The notes beneath the pieces are model-generated. The model had not been told where the DNA came from and made no database searches. It saw nothing but the letters and a program-made list of their open reading frames with translations. DNA of 57,785 nucleotides from an uncultured Candidatus Sumerlaeota bacterium (GTDB taxonomy: Bacteria; CAYMEV01), in NCBI GenBank assembly GCA_964389675.1, contig CAYMEV010000022.1, positions 1-57,785 of the forward strand, in the 5' to 3' direction. Below are positions 56,643-57,785 of this stretch, in pieces (the first letter of the stretch is position 1; the number at the start of each line of letters is the position of its first letter). Made by a program: the position numbers and the translations under genes.

Positions 56643-57569
56643 TTAATTAAACGGAGGCTGGGGCAGGTCGGTTATTGCAGCAATATAAATCTCTTTCCCC
56701 TCGAGTAATTGTTTGCGGATATACAGGCATTTTTTTATAAGCTGCCTTTTATAGCGATTCCTTGCCATAATGATCTCCCATGCATAATCTTCCTTTTCAA
56801 GTTTCTTTAAAGCGCTCTGGACAGGTTTATGGCCGGCTTCATCAACAAATTCCAGAATATTAAGTTCAGCAGTGGTGTGAGCGACAACAGGCTGGACAAT
56901 GAACCTGCCGGAAGAATCAAAGATAAAAACACGAATATCCCTGAAATTGAACTGTGAGCGGGGATCTTCAATAACCTTCAGTGCATCGGTTCCCTCTGCT
57001 TTTATGAGATCTGAAGCACTGTCGACAATGATCCTTATAAATTCCCTTTCTTCATGTGGATAATCAATCCCACCCCCGACAAAAAGCTGGTCTCCTTCAG
57101 GTGTCCTGATTTTGAAATGGCATGAAGATTTTGGGATAGGATAGATTTTCCCCGGCTCCCACCAGAAATAGTGTACCCAGGCATGAGGATTGTTCTTATT
57201 GTTTAATGCCTCAATCACCAGGTCTGTTATCTTTTTTCCGCTTTTATCTTCTATCTCGGAGAGATTTTTCCCCTCCAGTTCAGGCATTCCAACATGAAAT
57301 ATATTGGTTCCATTCATATCATAGACATAAAAATAATAATCCGCGGGATCCCTGGTGAACATTTTTCTCTCGCCATTATAGCCTTTGAGGCATTCTTTCC
57401 CCTGTTTCTCAATTATCCGGGATATCTCATAGATATATTTAACCAGGTTTCTTGTATCATTGTACTGGTAAATGGTGAGATCAATATCAGATTTACTGTC
57501 TGTGCAATTAGTAAAGGCAGATAAAAAAGCCAGGATAACCACCATTGCTGTATATCTTATTCTGGACAT
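56643..57569 (-). CDS. Stand-alone tandem Cache-domain lipoprotein
   Basis: Lipobox-like AFTNC; two Cache-like repeats (YFYVYDMNG...EGKNL...DKSG...WVHY; VFIFDSSG...DEAG...WE); no TM or output domain. Confidence 0.78.
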   Translation of the reverse strand: MSRIRYTAMVVILAFLSAFTNCTDSKSDIDLTIYQYNDTRNLVKYIYEISRIIEKQGKECLKGYNGERKMFTRDPADYYFYVYDMNGTNIFHVGMPELEGKNLSEIEDKSGKKITDLVIEALNNKNNPHAWVHYFWWEPGKIYPIPKSSCHFKIRTPEGDQLFVGGGIDYPHEEREFIRIIVDSASDLIKAEGTDALKVIEDPRSQFNFRDIRVFIFDSSGRFIVQPVVAHTTAELNILEFVDEAGHKPVQSALKKLEKEDYAWEIIMARNRYKRQLIKKCLYIRKQLLEGKEIYIAAITDLPQPPFN

Positions 57570-57646
57570 GCGTTTTTCCTTTATTTCTTAAATTTTATAA
57601 AGAAAACTGAAAAATTCCATACAATGAAGGCAAAAGATACATTAGA

Positions 57647-57674
57647 ATCATAATTTAGCGAATTCATCTGTCAA
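57647..57674 (-). promoter_or_regulatory. Sigma70-type promoter TTGACA-N16-TATGAT
   Basis: Near-consensus boxes upstream of the Cache-permease operon. Confidence 0.6.
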
Positions 57675-57691
57675 TAGAATTATTTTCATAC

Positions 57692-57785
57692 TCAATCTGG
57701 GTGTTTTGTGGATATACTGGATGTAAGGCTTCTTATAAGAAAAGACGGGTCATCCTTCATCATGAGCAGTATCATTCTGCTTTTT
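57692..57785 (-). CDS. Possible 3' end of a gene entering from beyond the window
   Basis: Open frame KSRMILLMMKDDPSFLIRSLTSSISTKHPD ending at TGA 57692-57694. Confidence 0.3.
   Translation of the reverse strand, partial: KSRMILLMMKDDPSFLIRSLTSSISTKHPD

Overview
Bacterial chromosomal window, AT-rich, with divergent proteins that suggest a poorly sampled lineage. It is mostly housekeeping: clpB, pilD, recJ, sucCD, split fumarate hydratase, rpsO-pnp-dut, purA, recN-nadK, suhB-polA, nine tRNAs without encoded CCA, and the RNase P RNA gene, with small accessory blocks between them. No CRISPR array, rRNA, transposase or integrase was recognised. Main observations: (1) a tightly coupled RiPP-like cassette at 44657-49680 (HPrK/ScmC-like kinase, PqqD/RRE, radical SAM-SPASM, Ser-His S26 peptidase, membrane-anchored Thr-type sulfatase-fold enzyme) with no visible precursor; (2) a roughly 284-nt RNase P RNA that appears to lack P13, P14 and P18; (3) an 8-bp tandem repeat that puts the SD-linked start codon of a secreted Cys-rich protein out of frame, a candidate phase-variation switch; (4) a stand-alone tandem-Cache lipoprotein coupled to an NCS2 permease with an atypical signature; (5) a PilZ / Cys-less thioredoxin / GT4 operon. 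All product calls come from motif recognition by eye; no searches were run.
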